NCBI GenBank assembly: GCA_963924565.1
Contig: OZ004608.1
Span: forward strand, 9,238,001 to 9,302,000
Reading direction: 5' to 3'
DNA length: 64,000 nucleotides
Source: Ascidiella aspersa
Lineage: Eukaryota
Positions 11,301 to 26,300 of this stretch are shown here, piece after piece. The position numbers and the translations under genes were made by a program. The notes beneath the pieces are model-generated. The model ran no database searches, was not told the DNA's origin, and was given only the letters and a program-made list of their open reading frames with translations. Position 1 is the stretch's first letter. Every line of letters starts with the position of its first letter.

Positions 11301-14300
11301 GGTTTATAACTAATGCGCCTTCAGTCATCCTAATAAACTTAAGATAAATAAATAAAATTTTATTTTAAATTTTAAACATTCATGGTGTAGCTACTAACAA
11401 ACTGAACAAACAGTTAAGAAAGCCCGGGAATATATATATAATATATTAATAATATGCAAAAGTAAATTTTATACCGAACCCCCCTTTTTACCCCCAAACT
11501 GTTCAAAACAAGGGAGGGGGCTCTTGAAAAAACTTTGGTGTGACACCATAATATACAACGTCAATGAGTTTTCGACGAATTGGTTTGGTCGGTGTCATCG
11601 CTCACAGGAAGGTAATATTTAAACAAGACTCTAACACAGTGGTTCTCAACCGCCGGTCCGCCAAACATATAACAATTTTAAATCTCAATTGCAAATGCAG
11701 GATGCTGAAGGCTTGACCATCAAATTTAGAACTTCGCCAGTTCCGTAATTTGCATCATTGTGACGTAATATAGAGTTAATGGTCTACTTTGGACTTTATT
11801 GTACGCCACAATGCTGCAAGTGTTGTGTCAAACTGTTTAAAATTAGGTTACAACTCGTTTAAGTCTTAAACTTTAGGACCAGTTGTCGGTGAAAAACTTC
11901 AATGGAACCACGTATAACACGTATGACACCGAAAAGAAAGCAGCATATTGCCCATTAAATAGAAGTTTCCATTATCTGCTTTTAAGTTGCATAGTTTTGT
12001 CATAATTACATGTTGGGTTGATTTTGAAGGTCCACCACCATTATTTTAAAATAAATATTTTCCTACATGTTTAAGTTGATTGTGTTGTTCCAGTTCTAGT
12101 TCAATTTATAGAGCATTTCAGTAAATTACTCAACGAAAATTCCAGTCGGGGTGCCGAATGCCCGAATCTATTTATTTTTGAGGGGTGCCGTGAGCCATAA
12201 AAGGTTGAGAATCACTGGTGTAGAAGTTATACTAATCTAAGAGTGGTGCTGATACACGTTCTTTAAAAAGTGTCCAAAATCGCCTCCTTGTTCTGATAAT
12301 AATGTGCCGAAATGATAGACGGGCAAAGCCATGCACACCAGTCGATCAAACAAATCCAGAAATTTTACCTCGAGCGTTGAGAAGGGGTTCGAAAAAGTCC
12401 CCTCGTCATCAGATCCCTCACCCAGGAGCTCTGACGCGTGACTCGATGACGCCATGATGGCGGCGTGAGCGAGCAACTCACGTGAGATGTCCGAGAAGCT
12501 TCGTGATAGGCGTGACGCGGATGACGTGCGACGGGTCTGCGTGAGCAAATCACATGAAGACGTGTAAGTGAATCACGCACGTGGGTCGTGAGTGTCCCGG
12601 TAGGGTGAATTGGGTTTGAGAGTTATGGGGTTTGGAAGGGGGAAGCAATTAAAATTTATTTGGGGGGAGGAATTTGAGAGATAGAAAACCCACACTTTGG
12701 GGGTAAAATGTCAGAAACCTCTAATATGGAAGTTAACCCTAAAAATGCCCAACATTTTGAGAATTAAAAACCCAATATCCCACATTTGGGGAAGAGGTCA
12801 ATGTTTCAACTAAATTGTAAAAGCGATTTTAGTTTTGTTTACGAGACAGATCGGGCAAGAAAGGTCGCATGTAGTTGCTTTGCCTGGAAAATGAACGCCA
12901 CATGTTTGTTTTTATGGATGTTTTCACCAATGCACAAACGCTGAAAACAAGCACAATCGCTAGTACGGCTCGAGTGATTAAAACCGGGGTTACTCGGGGT
13001 TATCCGTGGTTACTCGGGTTCGGTTTTGGGAGATTTTGAGATTACGAATCAAACAGAGACACACGTCGTCTACTAACTGTTGTGTTGGGTTATTAGGGTT
13101 GGGTACACTCACCCTGTTCCTGAGTGGGGGCTTGGACGGGGAACAGCTGGGGCTCGATCCTGATTGGCTGCCGCCCGAAGCTGCGGGGGTGGAATAGCGA
13201 CTTCGAATGGCGGCGTCGGCAACTGAAAAGAAAAAGTGGTTTTAGACCTTAGAAAACGGTTTAGACCTTAGAAGCTTTAACATTAACAATGTAGCGCATA
13301 TGAACATTGTGTCAAATAATGTGGTAGAAAAAAAAAGAAATAAGAAATTAATGTTTATATAACCATATACTAAAAAGAAGTTCTCTTACGTTAGCCGAAA
13401 CGTCGGATAAAAAAATTAAGTACCGGATCTACTTATTTTCAGTATATACTATGCCTGGTAGTAACAGAATATTTTTAGTTTAAATACCCAAGTTGGTAAT
13501 TCAGCGCCAAATTCACTTAATTAAATTATGAAGACGAATGCGCGTGGTAAACGTAAAAGAATTCGGCCGATACCAAGTCAACACATTCCACGGCATGTTT
13601 GAGCGTTGAAATGATTTATATCACCTTTGGTAGTCACACATCGCGTGCTTTTGATGCGGTAAACACCCGACCGCTTTTTAAAGGATTTAATTGCAAAAAG
13701 GGAGGTGTTTAATCCAAACGGGATTATTAAACTTGGAACGCAAAGACAAGCGAGCGTGATTTAAAGCTCCCACGGTGCAAGTCCAAACAACGCACGTTAA
13801 ACGGCACAGCAGTAAATTTAGACCCTATACGAGCCATTACGGGTCATTTTAACAGCTCTGTTAAGATGTTTACTTGGTTGTACATAAAGTCAAGGCCTAA
13901 CTTCTAAGGTCTATAGGTGCTTGGTACCAAAAAGCGAAATTGCGGTAGGTCATACAACCGAGTCTTGCACATACAAAGTAGAGAGCTTAACAACATTGGT
14001 AACAGGTTATTTCGTTTTACCGCATTCCAAATATATTGGCCGCCACAAATTTACGAACTCAGTTCTTGCATTAAGTGATATTACTTTGTACCACAATTTT
14101 ATACGGACATATAACTGACAATTTGTAAGGCGAAGGTTTCGTGTTTTAAAGCAGCTAAGATTAGTGGGAGTAAAATATCGCGGCTACAGTATAGAAGCGA
14201 TGCTGTTTATGCACGGTTTTCAAATAGTTAAAACCAGTAATATTAAGCTGCGTCAACAGTCGCTCATCGCTTATTTCAACACATTAAAATCTCGCCCAAT

Positions 14301-17300
14301 AAAGACACGCATTTCAACTTTACAGCACGGATGCACGCAGTTATTGTATATGTTGATATTGGGCACAGCTGCACAGTGATTGACGTGCCATTGAAAGCTG
14401 CTTTCCGAGTAATTATACTGTTTAGTAGGTGCGATAACCAGCACTGCTCATGTGATATAACGATTAATAGAATTGCTCTGGCCCGATTACAGATTACAGT
14501 GATCAGTATATATGCAAAAATTACGCTTAACGATACGCAACTATACCTACGCCAAGCAGAGCCAACGCATCAAAGTTTGATTTTGATGTAACGGCGCAGA
14601 ATAAACCATCCCAAGGGTCACAACGCACAACTAGCATGAGAACATAAACAAACAGACAGATGCGACGGTACAGTCAATGCTTGGCTGACAATAAGGACAC
14701 AGTAAACTAATGCAAAGCGTAGTGACCCGAACGCCGAGTCGGATGGATTTATGCCGGCGAGCATTAAAGGGCAAGAAAATAAGTCAATCACACGCGCTAG
14801 AGCAGGGGTTCTTAAACTTTTTTTACCGCCGACTTCTAAATTTTTTTTTTGGCTTCGCGTGGACAACAATAGGCAAGATATTTTCAACAATGACGTCATA
14901 AATTGACGTCACAATCAAATAGATTCACAATAACAAATATGATGATTTTTCATAATTTTACATTACAATATAGATAGACTTTCAGACATATGCTGATCAT
15001 TTCAGTAAATTGGAGTCTACATTTAATGCTAAAACATTTTTTTTTTCTTTAAAAAATTAATTACTTCTCAAATATACACTAATATTTCAATTTGTCCTTC
15101 ATAGAACCCCCACTCTAGAGAGACACCTACACTTGTGATTTGACAGCAAGCGGCGGCCACAAGTAAAAGGCCAGTACACGTGACCACTTTAATAATACAA
15201 ATGGCCGGGTTAATAAAGAAAATTTGCGATGCTGTCCACCATACACCTAAATAAATGCGACATCTTCTAATGTAGTTAGCCACCTTTTTATTTGTGTTTT
15301 TTTTTTTTACAGTGGTCTAAAAAACATGGGGTGAAAAAACAGAGCCGGCCCTTGAAAACTGTCCCTGTAAACTGGCTTTTCAATCAAGTGATTTTGCTCA
15401 AGCCGTATTTCGTTACAGGCAGGAAGGAACACCGTGACTACCCTCAAACGGCTGGTGCTTGCAGTTTGCTGACTTAGCGCTTGCTCAGGTCGGCTCTGTG
15501 CTGCTGAAGGCACCCATGCATTGGCTCTGCGCACGTTTGCCAGCTATATTTAGGCCGTGTGTATGTTCGCGGGTGCGGGAAAAGCGGAACTTTGGGACTT
15601 TGGGGCGAGTTCTATGTGACTTGGCGCTGGTGGCGGTTAACTTCGCGTATGCTGCATGAAAGAGCGTTTGTATTCAGATGTGGCGGCTTATTTATGTTGC
15701 TGTCTCTGCCTTTAAACGTTCGTGTGTGTCACAGGCGTATCCGGCCATTGTGGCTTGCAACACTTTGGCGCAAAACCTCCGTGTGTGACGGAAGCCTAAC
15801 GCTTTTATTACGCAGGTTTGGAAAATGGTTTAATGCCGTTTTAAGCGATGTTTAATAGGGGGAAGAATGCTAATGATTATATAAAGCTATTATCATTTGT
15901 CTAGGGCCCACATACGTCCATGCAACAGGTTATCAACAGTTGAAAAAACAGATCCTATAATTTACTTTTTAACTTCACAAACATGCCCGAGTTTCACAAC
16001 GTACCCACCAATAACATTAAAGTTATAGGGATTGGTATGAAAATGAAATTAAAGGAGATTTGTAATGTCAAAACAGTTTTTAAAATACCATTATGTTGTA
16101 AAACCGTTAAAAAAAACATCATATAGTAAAAATAGAGAAATGCAACGATGCAATCAACTCCACTCACAGTTAATAGGACCAATACTTAACCCTCAAATAA
16201 CCCCGTTCTAAATAATTAAAAGGCACCAGGTTGCCATTCAAACTACAAAGTGTATAAGAATGGAATTGAAACTAAGAAAATAGCGATACAAAATTCAAAA
16301 AATTTTCACGCTTTCTTTGATAATTGCGCTTAGTCACCACTCCAGGACAAAAGTGCAAAAAATAACCAGCCGATACGCGTTGATGGTTGAATTTCGATAT
16401 CACGTTCAACCCCCAAAAGGCGAACAAGCCATTAACAATCTTTCGGCTTCTAATCGGAGGGTAATCGTATTGGCTGCGGCAAACCAGGATTCCTAGTAAC
16501 GACGTGAAAACCGTGCTGTTTACAAGCACAGCTGCACGCACTCAAGGCGTTCACTAAGCAGCTAAAGAGACAGTTCTTTGTTGCGTTCTCCGATTTTTAT
16601 CGTGATTGGCGACAAGAGATAAGTTTACATGAACGATTTATCCTTTAAACCCATGATTTTAAGTCACTTCCATGGCTTAAGTGAAATATTGAAGCCGACT
16701 GTTTTAGTACCGGCTATAAATATCGGCTTTCGGCACAAAACTCTTGTTGAAAACCAAAAAACTGCCCAGGAGCATTGTTTGCAGAAAAACACCGCGAAAA
16801 TAGCGTTGTTTTCGTCGTATTTCGAGCAAAATGCCTCGAGCGACTCTCATTTGGCAATATACAATGGCGCGACTGTGTTCGTGCCTCTTTCGTGTTGCAG
16901 GCAAACCTCGTGCGTGTATTTTTGCACGATAAGTTCGCCAGTGCGGTTTTTGAGTGCATTTCACGGGCGCCGCCATAAAGATACGCATCAGGTTTGCATT
17001 CCAACCGGTAGCTGTCTTTACAGCGCTGCAGACAGCCGAAGTAAACAATACCCCAACAACCACTATACCACAGCTTAATGCTGAGTGCTCTTAGGTTATT
17101 CAATAAACGCGGCATAGTAAGAGTTTATAAACTTTAAAAAGCTGATAAAAGGGTAGGAAAAATAAGTCTTGTTATAGAATTAAAACAATCCAAGTAAAGT
17201 ATACCCCAACAACCACTATATAATGCTGTTTAATGCTAAGTGTTTACTATTTAATTAACGCGGCATAGTAAAAGTTTTGAATTTCAAGGAGATGATAAAA

Positions 17301-20300
17301 GGATAAAAAATATGTCTTGCTGTACAATTAAAAAATTAAAAATTCTATATGTCGTACAAAAATGACTGTTTGGTAAACTAAAGTCATTTCATCAAATTTG
17401 TTAAACACAAAATTGACAATGCGTTTTGCTGTGCCACAGCATATATGTACACAAACAAAGCTACGTGAACGAAACGAGGCGGAAACATTTCAGTTTGCAC
17501 AACCCGCTGCGACGGTGTTCGTATATAGAGACAGTCAGACAAAAAACGCTTGATGTTTTTCAAGTTTGTCCTATGCAACTACGGCATTATTTCGTGATTA
17601 ACTTGCATTTGTCGCACTTTGTAACAAGAGTAAACATTATCGGCGTCAACAATGTGGTGACTTCATCATGCTTTTTGGCACAGAAAATATACGAACGAGC
17701 GTTTTGGACGACGTTCCTCGCATCGCAAACGCAGATTGCAGACGTTATTACAAAACGGTGCGTACTTTGCCAAAAAAATCGGACGCAACGATAACGCTGT
17801 GACGTAAGTTGATCTTGCGTTGCACGTCAAGAAACAACGCGGGTCAGTCACGCCAAAGAACTGCGCAAACTACAGCATTAAGTACATGCTTTTTGGTCGC
17901 GCTCTAAGAACAAGTAAATGTCAACATTACTGGTTTGCGTTTATAGTTTTGCAATAAGTACTCACAAAAATATAAAGTTGGCGATACAAGTTGTATATCG
18001 CTTTTTGTATATATACAATTGCTATAGCGGTTGTGTCTTGGTTAAGAACTGGTACCAGTTGTTTGATTAGTTAGGTATTTGCTACAGCACAAAATGCCTG
18101 CTATCTGTTTTAAATCCAGATCACAAGAGAAACAAATGAAAAATAACTGAATCGTGATGTGGCTGCAGTTTTACACCAAACACTCACCAAACAGAGTTGC
18201 CGAGTGACCTTTGACAAGATCGCTTTTGTGTGTGTATTAATGTGCTTCTTTAAGCATTAACTGAATAATGGTTGGGCAGATAGACAAAGCACGACCCTTG
18301 TCTATTCATCATATCTAAGTCATTAACCTATAGGATGTACCCTTCAATCGATTTTTAAAATAGAATTTAGCGTGCGATTAAGATGCGCAACGTGTAGGCC
18401 AAACAAAACCGAAAATAGCGCCGAAAATCAATTTCTAAATGGGTCCGCCCGTATTCGTTTGACTGGCTCCATAGCGGCAATTATCCCCAAACGAGCATGT
18501 GTCCACCTGGAGTTTGGCCGAAGATATCGCTGACAAACAGACGGGAATAGCTCGGCTCCGGTTTCGTTCTTGGGAAATCGAAGACGCGAAAGAGAAACTG
18601 GATAACGTTGGGCAGATCAGGGGCAGCCAATTTCGTGCCGGGCCCAGTTTGGCAAGTTTGCTCACTTTTATAACACTGTATGGCTTCCAGGGCAGAGCAA
18701 TAGTTGAAATGGATCTGTACGTCTTTAAATTTAAGGTGACGTGTAACACTGGTCTAGAAGTACAAAACTCTTACAGGAGTTAATAAATAGAGCCAGGCGT
18801 TTTTTAATCCGGCCATAAAAATCGGCCTTGTGGTAGAATTTTCCACAAAGACGGGGGTCAAAAGGGGTAGGTCAACCTTTGTAAGGCGGACATGCCAACT
18901 GGCCTATATACACTTGGTAGCTTCCGCCTAGCAGCTATAGACAATTGCTAATTCGGGCGCGTGTTTACAAACCGGGAGAGATAGCGTCTTTCTTGCAACA
19001 GCTTGCCGTTTTAGAGACGGTTGCCGACGCAAAGCCGGGCTAAACAAATGTGTGGGGATTCTTCGTTGGCGGCTTTTCATTTTTTTGAATAGGAACAGTC
19101 GCGGAAAAAATCGGCGAAAAATGAGCCAGCTTTTAAATTACGCTTGAAAATTCAACGTTATACGGCATTAGGCCACGCGAAATTGTATTGTTCTGCAAGC
19201 AAATTAAAGGACCCGTTTCGACCATTTGCAATCGATAAACAAACGAAGCGTTAGGACCGCGGCCGTTCAGAATAGCGCCAGTCGTAGCGGGAATTGCTCA
19301 GGGCAGCGCTTCTGCGAAACCTTCAAGTTTCATTAGAGCGATATACTTATATTTTTCTATGAAAGCAACCGATCGCCGTTTTGCAGTCCCAAAATCGAAT
19401 TGGTCCCTATTTCTCTCCCACCCTCATTTTTTTCGCAATTTAAAATGGCAAGATAAACTTACCGATCGTTTTTTTTTTAGTTCAGAGCATGTTTACACAA
19501 AAAAACAGGGACCAGGAATCACAACCTTACGTATAGCAATATTCTTCAGCCTATCTAAACCTTCTTAAAGTCAGAAATATAAAGATACATTTTTTCCGTC
19601 AAAAATATCATCATCAGTTCCTTACTCGGTGTCTGATAGAACAACTTACTAAGATTCTTAGATTGTAAGGCAGTTTGAAATATTTTCTGTAGATGGGGTT
19701 GTGATTTCATACCTATTTTGCTCTAAGCATTGGTCACACAAAAAACTTAACTAACGTAATGCGCTTTCACATTTGAATTGCTTGCTAAGTTGACCAGACG
19801 ACGACCTACCTCGGTACGAAGAGGCTCGTTTTATCTTCTTGAGACGAGTGAGGATGGCCTCCAGTGACGTCACCACTTGTTTGATCGTCGGTCGGGATTT
19901 GGGTTCGAACTGTAATAAAAACGTTCATGGTTACAGTTAAATAGCAAAAGAACAGCAATTATTATAGGTAAGCGGTTTTAGCTATAGACGTTTCGATGAA
20001 AGAACTTATCGAAACATCTTTCTCAAGATGATGTCGATTTACTCAGCCTTTTTGGTTTTTAAAGTCAATATTAAGCTACATTACTGATCCGTGTATAGTG
20101 TGAAAAAACGGTCTTAATGACCAATTTCACAGCCAGAATTTGTCCCCTTTTTCGGTGTCATTTTTATACCGTTAATTAAGATGAGTTTAAGGGGTGGAGT
20201 GTCAAAGAGCACAACAGTGTTATTAAAAGGGTTGCCCAACAGTCGTATATACTGCCCGGCTTTAATGAAAGCTGACCCACCAATAGCGCATTGATTGACG

Positions 20301-23300
20301 CGCGGTCGCTTTTTATTAATCGCTCGTCGGAGTCGGTTGCAAAAAGTATTGTTTCCAATTACGGAGATCGATCACACTCGAAGGTTATGCAAGTAGCACA
20401 CAGTGGGTTATCGAGCGCGTTCAAAAACGTAAAGAATGACCCTCAACAAAACTCGACGCCTCGGCATACTTCGATCGGCGGTTCCTAACGGCCGCAATCG
20501 CAAAACGGAAAATTAAAAATGTAAATGGCCGAGAAACAATTGGGGCGACGCAACGTTTTTTAGCTGTAACGTAGCGAGTGAGGTAACTGCGGGCCATATG
20601 CAGAACACAGTCAGACGCAGGTCGCGGGTGACTCACGCGGAACAATGAGCGATTAGGCATTACTGTACAGCGTTTACTACGTTCTACGCACACTCTGCCA
20701 TGCATTGTAGTGCCAGTGTATTAATTCGTAACCTTAATTAGGTCGGTTGCCAATAGTTAGCTCCCAGCGACATGTCACAACAGTTTTTTCACCGGCCGCC
20801 GAACGGGACAAGCTTAGGGGTTGTAGGGGTCATGTGTTTCCCTATAGTCCCCTAAAGTAGGCGGCCTCGTACGACCCCCTTAACATGGGGTAATTTGAGG
20901 TGTCAGCAACAGCACCTTGAATATACAACGCAAGAATTCTTAGATGTCCCTAAAGCAATGGTAAAACTTGTTAAATGACTATTTGGGCTTAAGCTTCATT
21001 GCAGACTTCCTATAGTTAAAAAGATTCCGAAGATTGACAAAATGAGCCCATATTTTATCCAAACGCGAAAAAGGTATTGCGTGTAAATAAGAAACGATAA
21101 TACAATCTTAACAATTACAGCAGGTATGTTATAACCTCTAACTGTCAATACATCTATAATTTGGCGTTCAGGTTATACAGGACCACATATTTTTGTGTAT
21201 TAAATTGCACCGTTCGACAGACAAGTAATCGGAAAAGAACTGAATGGGCCATTGATCCATTCCGACGGACACTTGATATGCATTATGCCACGCGCGTATT
21301 GAACGTTGTGCGACAGCATTGTAGCACACACCATACGTATCCATCTACACAGTGATAAAATAAACGGACCCAACCCTATTCCACAGTCTCGCAGTGTAAC
21401 GTTTTAAGTAACCGGACACTTGGTCTTTAGATTTGGAAACAATACGCGTTTCTTCGACGTGAAGTGTTCTACAGAAGCGTGGTCAAATTAAAGGCCGGAG
21501 GTCCACGTTTTTCCAGTACGCAATCTTTCTATGTATCGATTTATCGTGGTGGTAATAAGTCACACGAATAAACATAAGCAAAATCTGTCGAACATTCCTT
21601 TGAACAAGAACTCGGAACATTTACTTGCAATCTTTTTTCGAAACTGTCTAATTTGACAAGCTTTTGTTCATTGACCCACCGAAAATTAGTAATTTTACCT
21701 AAGCGATGTGTTGGAAAAGAAAAATACAAAAGAGAAAATAAAAGCTGCAAGTATCCTATAGCTTTATCAGGAATCATATTAAAGTTATTCCATGAAGGTA
21801 CGGGTAACTCTAAGAACTGAATATGGCAAACAATTTATAGAGAGAGCTTTATCAAATTGTCCTCATAAATAATCAAAGCTTTTAAGGTTTAGTTTGATTT
21901 GCATATGACGAGCATTTCCTATAATATAGCTGTTATTGACCCATTATAGTTTTATCAAGCAACACGCCGCGGGCAGGGAAAACAAACCAAGCGGAAGGTA
22001 GTTTAATGGCCACTGTCCTTGAGGCCCGAAAGTGTCTTGGAAAACGTTAACGATTTGTTTTTTTTTGTAAATGATGCTGAAGACTGCAGTTTTGAAACGA
22101 AGGAGGGAGGCAGTCGTGAAAATGTGACGTGGTTAAGGAGGAAATGTCAAATGTGTGGGTGTTGGATGGATGCAATGAAATCAAGGAAGTGAAAAACATG
22201 TGTGTCAGCAATGCATTGGCCAGAAACATACGGCAAAGGTCAGAATGGCAAAGTAAACAAAGAAATCGATCCCAAAAATGAGCAATAAATACCTAAAGTC
22301 GTCTACAATAAAGAATTAAGGTTCTCTAGACCAGTGGTTCTTAATCTTTTAACACGTGTGGGCAAGTAACAACACAAAAATATTTTCATGGACACAAAAC
22401 CAGAATTTTTAATGCGCGATTCCTTACTAAGACAACTAAGGCCAGTTATTAATGAACAACAATCACAAGGAGTTTAGTGTTGTACACGGTTACCACCTAA
22501 TCTGGAAATGTTAAGAGGAATTCAGAGATTTTAGGACAAATAATTATTTTAGCATTCCTTTTTATTCAAGTGCTTGGCGGTCAATTCTCTTGTCTAAATT
22601 TTATGGGTTAATCTCTTGCAGTAATGCGCCATTAAAACTTTTTAGCATACTCTTTCTGTGTGGTTTATAAACAGACAAACACTACAGAAATAGTTTTGCC
22701 GAACACATAACACAATACATTCACTGAGTTGGCAAACTTGTAGCCATAACCAAAAAACAGTATAAGATTATATACCACGGATATATGTGTTGTTATAATT
22801 TGGAGCTAGAATGCCATTACCTACTCCGGTATTACGAGCAAAACGGATCAACTAACATTGTCGGATATAGGACTATAAACGCTTCCTGACAATATGTAAA
22901 ATAGGACTAACGAGGTAGATTAACACACGGGAAATCGGTACAGTGTGTACACTACAGGTCCAAAAAGAAACAACTCTGCGCATTTCAACAAAGGCAATAA
23001 AAAAGCGAGGTCAACAAAGCAACAAAATTACGCGCAAAGCCACCGAAAGTGCCTCATAACCACCACGAGACGCAGTCTGGCTCTTCAAACAGCTGACACG
23101 TGCAGTTTTTTCGCCAGCAAAGGTGATAACCCGAGGGACGTGAGCCATTGTACTGAGCGCTGCGTACAATAAACGATCGCGTATATAATGGAGCGCGCTG
23201 AGCAAGCAAATCGCCCATATTTGGCCGATCAAATATGCGACGGCGGGCGCGTTTACATAGTTTACACGGACTTGTTTCACAATTTACAGCCTCGCATGCC

Positions 23301-26300
23301 AGTTTACATTGGGCCTTTCTGTAGCAGCCGATCCCCCTTTTTAATTACTCTGTTTTCCTTCCTTTTTTGTATGTTTTACCCGTTTAACAAAGATGTACAT
23401 CAGTTTTACCTCCAATATATATAGTGGTGCTCATTTAATAAAAAAAAACATAGGTAACAAATTACAACAGTTATATTCAGTGCGACGGCTGCCCTTGCTT
23501 TTTGGCAACGAGTTTTTCAATGTCTGGTAAAGTAGTTGGTAATGCACATCGAATATCAGATTTAAGTCGGTTTCGTGCTTTAGATTTTATAGTAAGCAAT
23601 GCAGAGAAGCCGCTTCGCATAGGTAAGTTGAAGAAACATGAAACCAGAATATTCAGAGCTTGAATACCCATCCTTGAATTTACCCCCTAAAACGTGGAAA
23701 TTTACCCCCTGGGGTAAATTTACCCCAGGTTAAGAAGGGCTGGCATAAAACGAAACAAGAACCCAAATAAAAAATACAGCTGTTTTGGAAGCAGCGGTGC
23801 TAACTGGCCGACACGTTAAAAAATGTAAAAAATGTAGCCAAACATAGCTTTATGCGTTTCAAAGCTGACATGTTTATTGGGCTTATGTCGTTTATACACT
23901 CCCGTTTGGCAAATACAGGAAAATGTTAAGTGCGTTCCGGCCTCTTTGCGTGCCTGCACCGTTCTCTCTTGAATTATTAACAAGAGTGCGCACGCGTGTT
24001 GCAATGTGGCAGTGCGGCCGTATACCGGTCTATCATCGGAACGAGTATTGAACTTGAGGCCAGATGTGATGGGTTGATTAAAATTTTTAATGAAATACAG
24101 ATCGCCTAAATCTTTCACAGAGCGTAACTTCGGTTCTTGAGTAGTTTATAACGCTTAAAAAATATCATTTTTAACTGTGTAAGTTCAGTGTTTCGCCAAC
24201 GCAACAATACCCTTTGAACATAATAACAGATCCTGCTCAAGCGTACTACAATGGGTCCAGTTTAAGAATGGTTAAAAAAATAGCAAAATACAAGACAAAA
24301 AACCCGAAACAAGATAACATGGGTTGTTTTAAATCGCGTTCAACGATAGATTTTATTGTAGGTATTATAAATTGTTGTTGTAAAAATTTTAAACATCCTA
24401 TCACTTTTTGAATTGTTATTGTAATACTATATCCCGTCATTTTCGATAAAATCGACATTTCGCTGTTGCAAACGTTTTGGCCTCATGCCATCATTGGTGT
24501 CTGCCACTGGCATGAGGTATTGTTTTTTTTTCAACACACACCTGGCAACAGTCGAAGGCCAACTGGAGAAAGTCGGGGGGTACAGGCTGGTCCAGGCAGT
24601 CCCGGGCGGCGCCGCTTCCCACCGTCACCATCCTCTTGAAGAGGTCGAAGGCGAGTCCGAAGTCATTGGATCGCGGCAGCTCCTCCGGATCGCTGGTTAC
24701 GAGGGCGATGAGTTGGCAGAGGAGGAGGCCAAATGCGAAGATGTCCACCTGGAAGAAGTAGGTATTGTTAGGATGAGACTTAAGAGTTTTGGGTGAGATA
24801 CTTTACAGTGCTTCCATCAGACTTAGATAACTATAAATAATTCTAGTTGTCTAATTTAATAAATTAGAGCAAAATGTGTCTAATTCTAATCTAGTTTGAA
24901 AATTGTATGTGTGCTCTAATTCTATTCTAATCTAATTCGGATTTTACCAAAGGAAAAAGATGATATCTTTAGGGTGGGATTTAGGATATTGGGGTAAGAC
25001 TATAGGAGTTGGAATTGTTGTTGTAGTTGACTTTTGGTTCAAAGGGAGAGTCCCAGTTATACCAGTTACATGTTGGATTGCAGTTTGTTATGTGTTGCTA
25101 TGAATATGCCATTTTCAAGTCAGTCACTAATGTTACTGAACATGCTTTACGACTCCATTAAAGTTTTAGACTTATTTTCGGTTTGATTTTTTAGTAACCC
25201 AGTGCTATTTAACCACGGGTAAAGGTTACAATAAGTACTCGGGGGTCCTTTGAGTAATATATAAAGGTATATTTTTATTACTCAGTCTGATCTGGTCATT
25301 TGCAAATAACTCAATAAGCGTTCTTGGCTGTAAAATTGGGTTATTAAATTTGTTAATCAAATATAGTGATTGTTATGTATAATAGTCTAAATAACAACAT
25401 GTTTTGTCATGTATGCTAAATAGTTTTACGCCAATAACTTGATCGAAGTTAATAAATAAATCAGGTCATTACAGTTACTAAAGTATCCAATGCGCACATA
25501 AGCAAACCACCATTAGATAAGCCGACAGGCTATTGTGAGGGTTAATCAGCAAAAAATATACTTCATTTTTGCACATGAAAAAACAAAAAAAAACATCACG
25601 GATGGCAGCGATGGATTAAATTTCGTTTGGTCGCCTTTTTACACCTTCTATTTTCGAGTACTGGGCGGTATCGTGCGTGTGTCTACACTCTACAGCCTTT
25701 GCGGCGTATATCCGCCGATTGACAACAACTGCTTCAGTTTTTCCGCCGTATTTCGCGGGATTGGAAAAGGACGCAGCAGGTAAAAAGGTGAAAGATGAGT
25801 CGTTTGACGCTTTAAGACGGTGACCATGCAGTGATTAGTCCTAATGCCATTATCGAGGTAATGACCATTAAAACGCATGAGTTGAATGTCATTCGTGCCA
25901 CGGCTCTTCAGCACATGCCTTGAAAGGTTCGAAAAGGTCAATCATGAAACTTGACTTCACGAAAAGCGAAGAAGGTCGAAAAACATGTGCAAGCCCCTAT
26001 GTAGGTTCTAGGTGCAGAGCGATGTTCGAAAAGCGTCCTATGCGATACATAACTTACATCTGGGATGCACATTTTTTTTTTATTAAAATACGTAAAACTG
26101 AAGCAAATTTGCAATTACCTGTGGGCATAGGAATATAACTACACATTTGCTGTTCATCAGGTGGCACTGTTATACATCAATTTGCAAAGTATTATCTACA
26201 AGCTTTTGCACAACTGTGGTTCATCGGTATGAACCTGTTCTGTCTTTCCATAGTACCACCTTATATATAGGATTTCAATTGGACAAATGCGGCTAGAGAT

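Noticed and set aside
18499-18783. 94-aa + strand ORF in a TESK intron
   Set aside because: Looks mildly protein-like, but I see no family motif, splice context or coding bias that I can support.
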